Origin: Octopus sinensis
Lineage: Eukaryota
Reading direction: 5' to 3'
DNA: 64,000 nucleotides
NCBI RefSeq assembly: GCF_006345805.1
Contig: NC_043001.1
Span: 36,642,001 to 36,706,000, forward strand
Shown here: positions 52,690 to 64,000 of the stretch, one piece after another
How the letters are laid out: every line of letters starts with the position of its first letter
Position numbering within the stretch: the stretch's first letter is position 1
Position numbers and translations under genes: made by a program
Notes under the pieces: model-generated
Told to the model about the DNA's origin: nothing
The model's input: the letters and a program-made list of their open reading frames with translations, nothing else
The model's database searches: none

Positions 52690-53210
52690 AGAGGAAGAGG
52701 GATTCTGGTTACGAAGTCAATGGATGGCCTGCCATAATACTTTATTGCTTAATCTAAAGTCAGAGTTCAGTTTAATCCGAAAGCCCTCCTATGACATAGC
52801 CTTATACCATTTTACTTTCGTTACTGCAACTTTCTGCGCCTCAGTGCGCAAAAGAGAAGACTTCTTTTCCAAGCCATGCTTTGTAAGCTTCCTTTCTTTC
52901 TCCAATGGCATTTTTAACATCCTGGTTAAAGTAGCGTAACACCAAGCCACTATTGTCTGCAGCACTGTACAGCTGAAGAAGAATTTTCTGAAAAAAACAC
53001 TTTCCAGTAGTTTTGTCTGAATAATAGTGTCCTCAGATTTGTTTCTGACCTGATCATCTGCCAAGGCTTCCTTCTTTATCTTGTAAGTCGCACTCGACTT
53101 ACCAGTGTTGTGAGTTCTCCCTGCTGTTAATAGTCTCAAGATGCTGATAACAAGGTGGTAACCAATTGATAGCTTTGCCTCTCTCTTTACACGAACGTTC
53201 AGCACAGAAT
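52690..53210 (-). pseudogene. Decayed RTE-like LINE fragment (endonuclease end and linker)
   Basis: RVKREAKLSIGYHLVIS resembles the RVKRGA.L.TDHHLV motif. YKIKKEALADDQVR and LSNKVLWQAIH*LR resemble RTE linker motifs. Confidence 0.65.
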
Positions 53211-54443
53211 TAAAAGATCAGAGGCGAGTACAAAGTCTATCAGTGACATTTGTTCTAAAGTATCTCTATGCCACATAGAAATAATTAATTATCACCCTTA
53301 TTATTATTAAAGTGACGTGCTTGCAGAATTGTTAGAGAGCCAGGCAAAATTGTTTGCAAGGTTTCTTCCGGAACTTAGGGCGATGGGCTGGCAGAATCGT
53401 TTAGTAGCATTTCGTTCGTCTTTACATTCTGGATACAAATTCCCCCAAAAGGAGAAGGAGGTGAGAACGTATAAATTTGTCCAAAATTCAGAAATAATTA
53501 GTTTTTGGCACCACATACTCTTTCCGTGGAATAATTTTATTTTAATATCCTGAAAAATACACAACGGAAACAACACAGTAAATACTGCTAATTCAATTTT
53601 GTTTTCTATCCTTCCGGAATCAATAAAATAAGATAGCATTGAAGTGCTGAAAATGATATAATCGCCTATACCCCTCCCTCTAATATTAGTAGCCTTGACC
53701 CATAAGTTGAAGTATTTATTATTATTGTTGTTGCAACTGCAGCTGCATGTTGAAGCCAATGTATATTTATATTAGTTCACTATGAAAAAATGGTTCTTAA
53801 CAGGATTGCCTCAGTATAAAATTTTTTTGTTCCATTTTACTCTCAGAATTCTTTCTGATTGTTTGAAGCTTTACCTTAAAAATCTACGTCAGAAGTTTAT
53901 CTTTAGACATTTTTAGCTGTTTATATATCTTGGACAAATATTTACAACATTTACAAGCGTTACAAAAAGGCCGCCATAGATATATCAAAAGCAGGTGCTC
54001 TCCACATTGGCGCTGGTGATAGCTTCAAGAACTAAAACAAACACGCCCCCAAAATTATTTTCAAGAAAGAAAAAAAATAATGAACAGATTTAAAAAGAAA
54101 AAGAAAACAAGGAAAATATATGCATTCTTAAACACTTACAGTTGTAAGACACAAAAAGAATAATTTTGTAAACATTTATCGAAGAAAAAAGTGTACTAAC
54201 TCCACTACCATTACCACCGTCTGTTGATGGGATGCCCAGATGTGTTTTGAGTATCTAATTTTTAACCTACCTCACTATCTTACGATTCAGCGGCGATGGT
54301 TTCAATTTTATTGCGTGATTTCTGAACCGAGATTTCTGGCATTGTGTTGTTTTCGTTGTGTATTTTTCCAGTATATTAAAATAAAATTGCAAGCAATAAT
54401 AGATCTCTGGACGAGATGTAAACAGTAACTGCATGACAATGTA

Positions 54444-54708
54444 AGGTATACTAGCCATCTCAATATGGCTAACCACTAAGGGTGGGTGTTACTGTAGCTT
54501 GTAGCCCCAGAAGATAGGCAAATACCTAGAAACTGCAGTCCGTGCGTATCACTTAGGTTGACGAGGGAGAGATGACCTCCCTTTGCAAATACCATAAGAG
54601 CACAGAAAGTGTGCCTAAAGCCAGCTGGAGACGATGTTCTCCTGGGGCTACAAGCTACAGTAACACCCACCATTAGTGGTTAGCCATATTGAGATGGCTA
54701 GTATACCT
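54444..54708. mobile_element. MITE with ~67-bp TIRs and TA flanks
   Basis: AGGTATACTAGCCATCTCAATATGGC..GCCCCAG (54444-54510) against 54642-54708, one mismatch. TA at 54442-3 and 54709-10. Confidence 0.85.
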
Positions 54709-55069
54709 TAAAATAAAATTATTCTACGGAAAGAGTTTGTGGTTCCAAGAATTAATTATTTCTGAATTTTGGGCAAATTTATAAGTTCTGGCGGATTTGT
54801 TTATCTGTGTATTTTAATCTTCATTGTTTCTGTTTTTAGCCCTTACATACTACTTACTGTATTTTGGGGTCTTTAAATGATTATTACAAAGCTATTACAT
54901 GTTACTTTAGCCAGCAGGGATGTTATATAGTAGTTTGGTGACAAGTGCCCTCAAATCTCAATATCCTTTCTTAATATTATTGCAGAATAAAGGATTGCCT
55001 GTCATAAAGGATTAGTAAACATTAACGTCTTACGTCAAAGGATTAGTTCTAAAGGATTGCCTTAATATT

Positions 55070-55378
55070 ATTGCAGAATAAAGGAGTGCCTGTCATAATT
55101 CCAATATTCTTCAGCCTCTCAGGTACCAGCCTAGCAGTCTGAATGTTTGAATGGGCTCCAATTATCACAGGTACAGCTGTCAATTTTGTCTTCCAGCATC
55201 ACTTCATCTCTGCAGCTAGGTCCAGTTATTTCTCAATTTTCTCAATTTCTTTGTTCACTTTTGCCAGACCATCTCGACCTTTGCAGCATCACTTCATCTC
55301 TGCAGCTAGGTCCAGTTATTTCTCAATTTTCTTAATTTCTTTGTTCACTTTTGCCAGGCCATCTCGACCTTTGCCTTT
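55070..55378 (-). pseudogene. RLE-type C-terminal remnant with 90-bp tandem duplication
   Basis: Minus strand EIEKIEK*LDLAAEMK*CWKTKLTAVPVIIGA. Units 55194-55283 and 55284-55373. Confidence 0.65.
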
Positions 55379-55702
55379 CCTTGGGCATCATCGAGGGCAT
55401 GGAGAGGGGAGACTGGTATGCATGGGTGACTGCTAGTTTTCCACAAAATAATCTTATCCGGACTTGGGCCTCGGAGGGGAACTTTCTAGGTGCAATCCCA
55501 TGATCATTCGTGAGAGAGTGTGATATGGTTGGGGAAAGAAAGTTCATTTCTGAGAAGAAGCAAACTGTCTTAATACTGCCATGGGCCCATGCATTCAAGC
55601 TCTGATGATACTCCCTCCATTTAGTTTTGTTTCGAGCACCTTCCTAATCCTTCTCTTGCACTCTTCAAAATATCATTTTACTGCTTGGTAAGCCAGTATA
55701 AT

Positions 55703-55965
55703 GTGGAGGCGCGTGGCTTAGTGGTTAGGGTGTCAGCACCATGATCGTAAGATTGTGGCTTCGATTCCTGGACCGGGCGATGCGTTGTGTTCTTCAGCAA
55801 AACACTTCATTTCACGTTGCTCCAATCCACTCAGCTGGCAAAAAATTAGTAACGCTGCGATGGACTGCCGTCCCGTCCAGCTGGGGAGCATATACTCCAT
55901 TTAAACCGGGAAACCGGGCCCATGAGCCTGACTAGGCCTTAAAAGGGCGCTTTTATTTTTTATTT
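55703..55965 (+). mobile_element. SINE family D, full length
   Basis: GTGGAGGCGCGTGGCTTAGTGG head. TAAGCCAGTA on both flanks. Confidence 0.9.
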
Positions 55966-56188
55966 TAAGCCAGTAGAATCGTTAGCAACTCGGACAAATT
56001 GCATTGCGACATTTCTCACATCTCATGCACCGAGTTCAAATTTGGCCGAGGCTGACTTTGCCTATCACCCTTTCTGGATCGATAAAATAAGCATTAGTCA
56101 AACACTGCGGTCGATGTAATCAACTTATCCCCTGTCTAGAAATTGCTGGGCTTGTGCCAAAATTTGAGATCATTATTGTCATTATTAA

Positions 56189-56402
56189 GACGGCGAGCTG
56201 GTAAAATCGTTACCACGCCGGGAAAAAATGCTTAGCAGCATTTCGTCCGTCTTTACGCTCTGAGTTCAAATTCCACCGAGGTCGACTTTACTTTCATTCT
56301 TTGCGGGTCGATAAATTAAATACCAGTCAGGTATTGGGGTTGATGTGATCAACTATCCCCCTCCCCACCAATTTCAGGCCTTGTGCCTTTAGTAGAAAGG
56401 AT
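56189..56402 (+). mobile_element. SINE family B variant (a more diverged copy lies at 55970-56165)
   Basis: GGCGAGCTGG head, GAGTTCAAATTCC, Meta-like domain, CCCCTCCCC..AATTTCAGGCCTTGTGCC tail. Confidence 0.85.
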
Positions 56403-56582
56403 TATTATCATATCTGCCATTCTCCATCATATCATTGATATCACTGATATTGATGTTGCTGTTGTGGTTGTTATCAACACTGACCGTAGTAGTTGCAAAT
56501 ATTGTTGTTTTTGCTACTAATGTTGTGGCTACTACTGCTATTATTTGAATTTTTTGTTTTTGTTTTATATTCTCTTTTTCTC

Positions 56583-56991
56583 TTTTCTCTTTTACTTGTT
56601 TCAGTCATTTGACTGCGGCCATGCTGGAGCACCGCCTTTAGTCGAGCAAATCGATCCCGGGACTTATTCTTTTGTAAGCCCAGTACTTATTATATCGGTC
56701 TCTTTTGCCGAACCGCTAAGTGACGGGGACGTAAACACACCAGCATCCGTTGTCAAGCAATGCTAGGGGGACAAACACTGACACACAAACATATGCACAC
56801 ACATATATATATACATATACATATATACGACAGGCTTCTTTCAGTTTCAGTCTACCAAATCCACTCACAAGGCATTGGTCGGCCCGGGGCTATAGCAGAA
56901 GACACTTGCCCAAGATGCCACGCAGTGGGACTGAACCCGGAACCATGTGGTTGGTTAGCAAGCTACTTACCACACAGTCACTCCTGCGCCT
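56583..56991 (-). mobile_element. SINE family A, full length
   Basis: Very similar to 16887-17294. Confidence 0.92.
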
Positions 56992-58655
56992 ATATTTCAT
57001 TTCACTAATTTTTTTTTGTGTGTGTCTCCTTCACAAAATTATTCTTATATTTTTCATTCCATTTCATATCTTGCTTTAGAATCTTCTTAATTTCACTTTT
57101 TTTTTTCTTCTTCATTTGTGTCATTTTTTTCGCTGTTTTCATCATTTTTTGTTTTTCTCTAGCCTTTCCCATTTTGGTCGTGCGATTTAGAAAGAGAAAT
57201 AATGCTTTTCTATATCTTCGTTTTTTTTTTTCCAACGTGCTGTGGTTTCATTGAGAATAAATTAATCTCAGGATGCTTAGTCGCTTCCTCTCTATTCTCT
57301 GCAGGTTAAAGCTATAGTTGACTCGCCTCTCTCCCAAGTCAATAATAATGAAAAAATATCACCTTCAACCCAAAGCATTTTATCATATATGTTTTTTTTA
57401 TGAGCGTGTACATTAATATCTATATGTATTTGCAAGCAAAGAGAGGAAGAAGAGAGGCAAGCAGACAGAGAGAGAGAGGTGGGGAGAGAGCAAGAGTTGG
57501 GTGTCGATGTGTGATTGTGTATGCGTGCATTTGTGAATGAGTGGTAGACAGATACAGACACGGAGAAAGGGAGAGTGATATAGGGAGGTATGGAGATATG
57601 CAGGGAAACAAAGTGAGAGGGTGTGATATGGTTTGGGAAAGAAAGTTATATAAGGAGACAAATAGATGGTACGAGAGAGTGTGAGAGTGTGTGTGTGAGT
57701 GTGTGTGTGTGTGAAAGGGAGGGAGGATTAACTGCATGTCTGTATAAACGTGTGTGTGTGTCTATGTGTGTTTCTATTTATATGTGTCTGTGTCTGTGTG
57801 CATGTGTCTGTTTGTGTGTGTGTGTGTGCATGTGTCTGTGTCTCTGTGTGTCTGTGTGTATGTATGTGTGTCTGTGTGTGTGTCTGTGTGTGTGTCTATG
57901 TGTGTGTCTGTCTATGTGTGTCTGTCTATGTGTGTCTGTGTCTGTGTGTATGTGTCAGTGTGTCTGTGTGTGTGTCTGTGTGTGTGTGTGTCCGTGTGTG
58001 TGTGTGTCCGTGTGTGTGTGTTTGTGGTTGTGCGCGCGCAGGCCCTCACGCACACGTGCGTGCGTGCATGCGTGCTCAGACACTTTTGAATTGAAATGAT
58101 TGTAAATAAAAGTGCGGAACCCAAAGTGAAGAAAACTACTAAGGAATTAACTATGGCAGCAGAAACCAGATCAAGATGGATTATGGTTGACAAGGCACTG
58201 GAGATGGAAATCTACAAGCAAATCTAATTCAAAATTCGCTGCTCCACTCAGGCTGAGTGGGGAACGCATGTGAGCCTGAGAAACCTGCTGAGGACAGGAA
58301 GGCTTTCGAAAATTACGATAATTTTAGTCACCAATCATGAGCAAAAATTATCAATATTTTTAAGGAGAACATTTTTAATGTTTATGTTATTAATATGTCC
58401 TGCTTGTGAGTCCTGAAACACCATCCAGGTTCCTTTGTATTCGATTTTAACTAAAATCTTTGCAACTGTTGCAGTAGAGAAATCCTGCCAATTCGGGTTT
58501 CTTTTTTTTTTTTTTTTTTTTCGTTTTCACCCATTAAAATTCACCTGTTCCACAGATTTATCTTGAGAAAAATTCGATTCTCATGTTCACACTTCACTTT
58601 AAATTCCAGTATGTATGGTCTATCGTGGAAATAAATTTAGCACTGAAAATCAAAT

Positions 58656-58915
58656 GCGGAGGCGCGTGGCTTAGTGGTTAGGGTGTCAGCATCGTGATCG
58701 TAAGATTGTGGCTTCGATTCCTGGACCGGGCGACGCGTTGTGTTCTTCAGCAAAACACTTCATTTCACGTTGCTCCAGTCCACTCAGCTGGCAAAAATGA
58801 GTAACGCTGCGATGGACTGTCGTCCCGTCCAGCTGGGGAACACATTCGCCATTGAAACCGGGAAACCAGGCCCATGAGACTGGCTAGGCTTTAAAAGGGC
58901 GCATTTATTTATTAT
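58656..58915 (+). mobile_element. SINE family D, full length, 12-bp TSD
   Basis: ACTGAAAATCAA at 58642-58653 and 58916-58927. Confidence 0.92.
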
Positions 58916-59287
58916 ACTGAAAATCAACAACATTTCTATCAGAAGTATGTTGTGATTGAATAGTACATATTTCAAAAGGCGTTCCAGATACTGACACTTC
59001 ATCACATTGTTTCCGGAATTATATCATACATTGTGTGCTTTATTGGTTAGGATGATAGATTGTGAATAATAGGTTATTTGTGAACAACTTCTGTATGTTC
59101 TGGCTCTCTTGTTGAATCCCCAAACAACCGTGTGATAAAAACCATCTAAATTTGTTATAAGAATGTTAAAAAATAGAAAAAAAAAACAAATAGAATATGA
59201 AAAAAATAGAAAACATGCAATAAAGTTGAATGGATGTGTCATAAAAATATTCCATTCTGGCAAGAATGTATGTTTTCTACGTAAGAC

Positions 59288-59591
59288 GTTGTTTGTTCCT
59301 TCTCGAGCCATGACTGGCTCATAAGGGCCGGTTTCCCGGTTTCCTTGGCGTATAGTTTCCCCACCTGGCCGGGACACCGGTCCGTCGCAGGTGTGCTGCA
59401 AGATGCAGGAGGAAAGAGTGAGAGAAAGTTGTGGCGAAAGAGTCAGCAGAAGTTTGTCATTACCTTCTGCCCGAGACTCATGGAGCTTCGGTGTTTCGCT
59501 CATAAACACACACATCGCCCGGTCTGAGATTCGAACCCGCGATCCTTCGACCGCAAGTACACTGCTCTAACCACTAGGCCACGTGTCTCCA
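59288..59591 (-). mobile_element. SINE with C-type head and D-related tail, 11-bp TSD
   Basis: CTACGTAAGAC at 59277-59287 and 59592-59602. Confidence 0.9.
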
Positions 59592-60761
59592 CTACGTAAG
59601 ACATTAATGTTACTAATTTGTTAGGATTAGTGCAAATAATTAACGAATGGCCTCAAGTCTTCTAAAGTAAAATATCGTATTGGTTTCGAATGTTGGCACA
59701 AAATCAGTATGTTAATGGGATAACTCGATTACAGTGACCACAGTGCTCAACTAGTATTTATTTTATCGATCCCGAGAGGATAAAAGGAGATGTTGGCTGC
59801 GGCGAAATTTGAACGCTGGACCGACAAAATACCGATAAGGATTTTGCCGGGCAGGTGAACTAGTCTGTCTGCTCGTCGCTTTACAGCGTAAATATCATAT
59901 TAACCGTTATCCTCAATATTTACTGTCTCAGACCATCCTTCCTCACTACCATTCTTTTTTTCTTTTTCTGTAGAAATGTTAAAGATTAACATCAACCGTA
60001 TTGATTTTATTAGTTTCGGGAGAATCTTCGACTGTCATTGTTGTTGCCCTTTGGTCTGTATGAAACCATAAATACATACTTGAAGTTCCTAACTGCATTA
60101 TGGTTTTTATTTATATTTTCAACTACAAGTTTTATTGTGTTTCTACGTGAAACGAAGATAAAAATACGAGTGCAGGAACGTCGTCAACTAATAGAAAAAG
60201 TTGACATGTTACATGGTACATTCATGGCATTTTGCAGTGTTTATGTACAATAAGATATATATTACCAACCTTTTAGTGGTAAAGAAAATAGTGTCAATAT
60301 GACACGACATGTTTTCTGTTTGCTTTTTAAATGTTCGCTGTCGAATGACAGTTTATAAAAACGGCAGGCAGAAATTAATAGTAAAGGGTAAAAAGAGGTA
60401 GACAATGAATTTGGCGAGCTAGGTTGCCATAAACACTTGAAATGTATATTTCTCTATGCTTTGAAGAGGATCAGAGAAGACCGTAGTTAAATTAACTGGA
60501 GTGTTCGGAGGTTTCTGTTTATATTTAGTGAATAGGAAATTACCCAATATGCGGTCCCTACGCATTACAGTACACGGAAATCAGGTTAATAGGCTCTTTG
60601 TTCCAAAAAGCAACACCACATTTTACTGTCTAATAAAATATACGGATATTTTCGGTTGCTGTCACAGTTTTCATTTTTTTCTTAAATTCTGTTTCAATTC
60701 TTTCCAAATTTGCTGTGCTGATATAGTTTTGTATGCTAATTATAAAAATGAAATCCATTTT

Positions 60762-61184
60762 GGATCTTTTCAGTTTGAACGGCAGTTATTAACATAATTT
60801 CTAGGTAACTAAAAAAAATTTAAACTTCGTATTCTGGTAGAAAGTGTTTATAAAACATCCTTTTCTCTTGGCTTTATTGAGAAAATTCTATAGTTTGTAA
60901 GATATTTGTTGTTGTTTTCCTTCAATTTCTGAAATTTTAACCAATCACTGACGTCTATTGAGGTAAACAACATTCTGTGCCGTATGAATATGTCCCTCGT
61001 TTAAAAAACAGATTGGGTTTATTTACATTTGTGAAGAAAAAAAGATACCCTTCCCCCACCCCTAACCCTAACCCTAACCCTAAAAGAGATTGAAATGCAA
61101 TAGATCGATACTAGGGTCATAATTATGGGTGACAATTTCATATGACACCGCTAGAAAAAACTGCCGTTCAAACCGAAAAGATTC
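60762..61184. mobile_element. hAT-like MITE, second copy (inverted relative to 30344), nested in another repeat
   Basis: Same TIRs. 8-bp TSD TCCATTTT/TTCATTTT. Internal (CCCTAA)4. Confidence 0.87.
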
Positions 61185-62392
61185 TTCATTTTTGCCATAG
61201 ATTAAGAAATAATGAGTTAATACGTTTTAAAATTTCGAAAATTTGGGGTAACTTTAGCCAAGCAAAACTCACAGACGCATTTGTGCCTGTTTCCATAATA
61301 ACAAATCAAGCTGCTATCTACTTAAAACTACTATAACTACTACGTGTATTTTCTTCACATATTTTCTTTAACGAGTACCTTACATTGTGAACTTCCATTT
61401 TTGAATTTTCATTACAAAAACTGTATTAATGGTTTAGATAAAATTACATTGCCTTGTGTTTGAAATTTGGTAGACGGAAACTGCACTGAAATTCGTCACT
61501 TGAGCACTTGCGTGCACCCAAACACACACGCACAGGGGCACATTCAGATTCATACACACGCACATATAGTTACATACATACACGTGTGTATATGTGAGCG
61601 CTCATTCTGTGTTAATATTTGTTTGTATGTGCCCAGTAAATTCGCGGTTCGACAATAGCACTGAAGCCGATATGATCGACTCATCCATTGAACGTAGCAC
61701 CACAGCAATGACTGAAGCCATCGATGAATATAAGAATAAAACAATACACACGCACGGGAATACACACACAGACACAAGCACAAATCGAGAAAATAAATTG
61801 TCAGCACAAGAGAAAACATAAAGGGAATTGTTTACTGTTATAATGCGTAGTGAACCCCACAAAATCAGAGTTCAAAACAATTAGTCATCGAGGGAATATC
61901 TTTACCATTTATCTTATGTATCGTGTTTATTATTCAGTTCTAGTCTCACCTTACTCCTTCTTCTTTACCATTTTCTTCTACGATGCTGTCATCATATCAT
62001 TATCATTATCAAAAAATATTCTCAGCAGTATCAACATCATCGTCATTGTGAATGTTATCATCGCCATTATATACTCGTATGCACATGTACCGTCATCATC
62101 ATGAATCTTCGCTTTTTCTAGACCATCATCATCATTTTTCCTGCCATCCTTCAATTTTTTCTTTTTATTTTCTCTACGACACGTCTTCAATAATTGAACT
62201 TTGATATCTAATACTCCAAAATCTATTAATAATACTACATGAATTATTAATACTTTACGTACTATTAATAACTTTTTAAAGCTTTCTCTATAGATATTTT
62301 ACAGAAATTACAGCCGACTCAGAAAGTTACAACGTCTCGTGTGCAAATACCTACGTGTAAACAATATGACTGAAGATAGAAAAATAGGTAAT

Positions 62393-62822
62393 GGCGTATG
62401 AGTGGCTGTGTAGTAAGTAGCTTGCTTACCAACCACATGGTTCCGGGTTCAGTCCCACTGCGTCGCACTTTGGGTAAGTGTCTTCTATTAGAGCCTCGAG
62501 CCGACCAAAGCCTTGTGAGTGAATTTGGTAGACGGAAACTGAAAGAAGTCCGCCATATATATGTATATATATATATATACATATATATATGTATGTGTGT
62601 GAATATGTTTGTGTGTTTGTGTTTGTCCCCAACATCGATTGACAACCGATGCTTGTGTATTTACGTCCCCGTAACTTAGCGGTTCAGCAAAAGAGACCGA
62701 TAGAATAAATACTAGGCTTACAAAGAATAAGTTCTGGGGTCGAATTGCTCGACTAAAGGCGGGACTCCAGCATGGCCGCAGTCAAGTGACTGAAACAAAT
62801 AAAAGAGTAAAAGAGTAAAAAA
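62393..62822 (+). mobile_element. SINE family A, full length
   Basis: Head, CORE-like segment, internal microsatellite, AAAAGAGT tail. Confidence 0.9.
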
Positions 62823-63592
62823 GCCTTTAAAATTTGCAAAATTTGGGTATTTTAGCCAATCAGAAGTGAGTATTTTACAAATCACCGTGAAGCTATGTTA
62901 GCATAGTAACAAAGAGCTCTGTTTCCATAGTAAACAAAGATGCTGTGCATGCGCACAAGGAGTGTAACTTCCACCTGTTCCGTAATTGCTTGTTTTCATG
63001 ACAGTAGGAATTCGATTCCAGAACAGTATAGAGATTTTGCCGATACACCCCACCCTCTTCTCACTACTGTGACAGATGATGAAGGAGGAAGCGAACGCGC
63101 TGTTTTCTGATTGGGTGAAAATTCTGAAAAATCATCAAAATTTGAACACCTGTAATATTTTCGCAAAATTTTTCTGAAATAAATGAATGATAAATTCGGG
63201 TTCAGCGTCACAAATTACATTTATATGCTACATTAGAAAAATAAATTAACTTTCGGCATGCAGTAGTGACACAAACCATAAAGATCCATTTTACATATTA
63301 ATACACACATACCAGCTGCCATGAATGTGTTTAATATGTAATTTTCTATCTTCAATCATATTGTTTACATAGACGTGTTTGTACACCAACCGTCATAACT
63401 TTCAGTACTGGCTCTAATTTCAATCAAAAAAAATCTGTAGAGATAACATTAAAAAGTGATTGAATTGCACTGCTAACACGATAGGACACAGTATTTACTT
63501 ATAAAGCCTTTAATATACTCGGTAGACTATTATGGTTGCATAACGAAATACGGTCTCCTTACCACCAATTAATATATGCTATTAATAACACT

Positions 63593-63903
63593 GTGGAGGC
63601 GCAATGGCCCAGTGGTTAGGACAGCGGACTCGCGGTCGGAGGATCGCGGTTTCGATTCCCAGACCGGGCGTTGTGTGTGTTTAGTGAGCGAAAACACCTA
63701 AAAGCTCCACGAGGCTCCGGCAGGGGGATGGCGACCCCTGTTGTACTCTTTCGCCACAACTTTCTCTCACTCTCTCTTCTTGTTTCTTGAGTAACGTTTC
63801 GATGGACTGGCGTCCTGTCCAGCTGGGCGGAACACATACGCCACAGAAATCGGGAAACCGGGCCCATGAGCCTGGCTAGGGTTGAAAAGGGTGACGTTTA
63901 TCG
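63593..63903 (+). mobile_element. Chimeric SINE: family C head with family D tail, 13-bp TSD
   Basis: TATTAATAACACT at 63580-63592 and 63904-63916. The tail GATGGACTGGCGTCC..GGGAAACCGGGCCCATGAGCC matches family D. Confidence 0.9.
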
Positions 63904-64000
63904 TATTAATAACACTAATGTGATCATTATAATAGCATTATTACAATCAACACTTCAACTAGTACTATCAATACTACAAATACAACGCATACTATTTCCA

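Noticed and set aside
53905-54040. Possible exon TFLAVYISW...GDSFKN*
   Set aside because: It has an acceptor-like TTTAG, but no recognisable homology and only a weak donor.
58094-58225. 43-codon ORF MIVNKSAEPK...
   Set aside because: Too short, with no motif; possibly LINE debris.
61060-61083. Interstitial telomere
   Set aside because: Four CCCTAA units are an internal part of the hAT MITE, and the 30344 copy has a degenerate equivalent.
61636-61740. Exon-like DNSTEADMIDSSIERSTTAMTEAIDEY
   Set aside because: No donor site or homology that I can support.

Overview
AT-rich, microsatellite-saturated eukaryotic non-coding DNA (intergenic or within a very large intron). I infer a cephalopod, probably octopus, from recalled tRNA-derived SINE architecture; no database was searched. 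No intact protein-coding gene, rRNA, bona fide tRNA or CRISPR array is supportable. Nearly all ORFs in the track are microsatellite translations or SINE read-through. Content: (1) dozens of tRNA-headed SINEs, in families named here A (CORE-like, internal microsatellite), B (Meta-domain-like, forms tandem arrays) and C/D (modular heads and tails, clean TSDs). (2) Decayed non-LTR retrotransposons: two Tx1/L1-clade, three lineages of RLE-type (R4/Dong-like) C-termini, one RTE-like and one YADD remnant. Several sit inside (GATA)n or (AAT)n tracts. (3) DNA elements: a non-autonomous Helitron, two hAT-like MITEs, a Tigger-like MITE, a TA-flanked MITE and a 1.9-kb foldback. (4) Several palindromic elements. 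(5) A 100-N scaffold gap. The most interesting object is a ~550-bp palindrome at 3417-3964. It consists of two head-to-head tRNA-headed SINEs, each carrying a minimal type I hammerhead ribozyme of the Penelope-associated kind. Next is the family-B SINE multimer with a fixed junction, one trimer of which is bracketed by a single 17-bp TSD.
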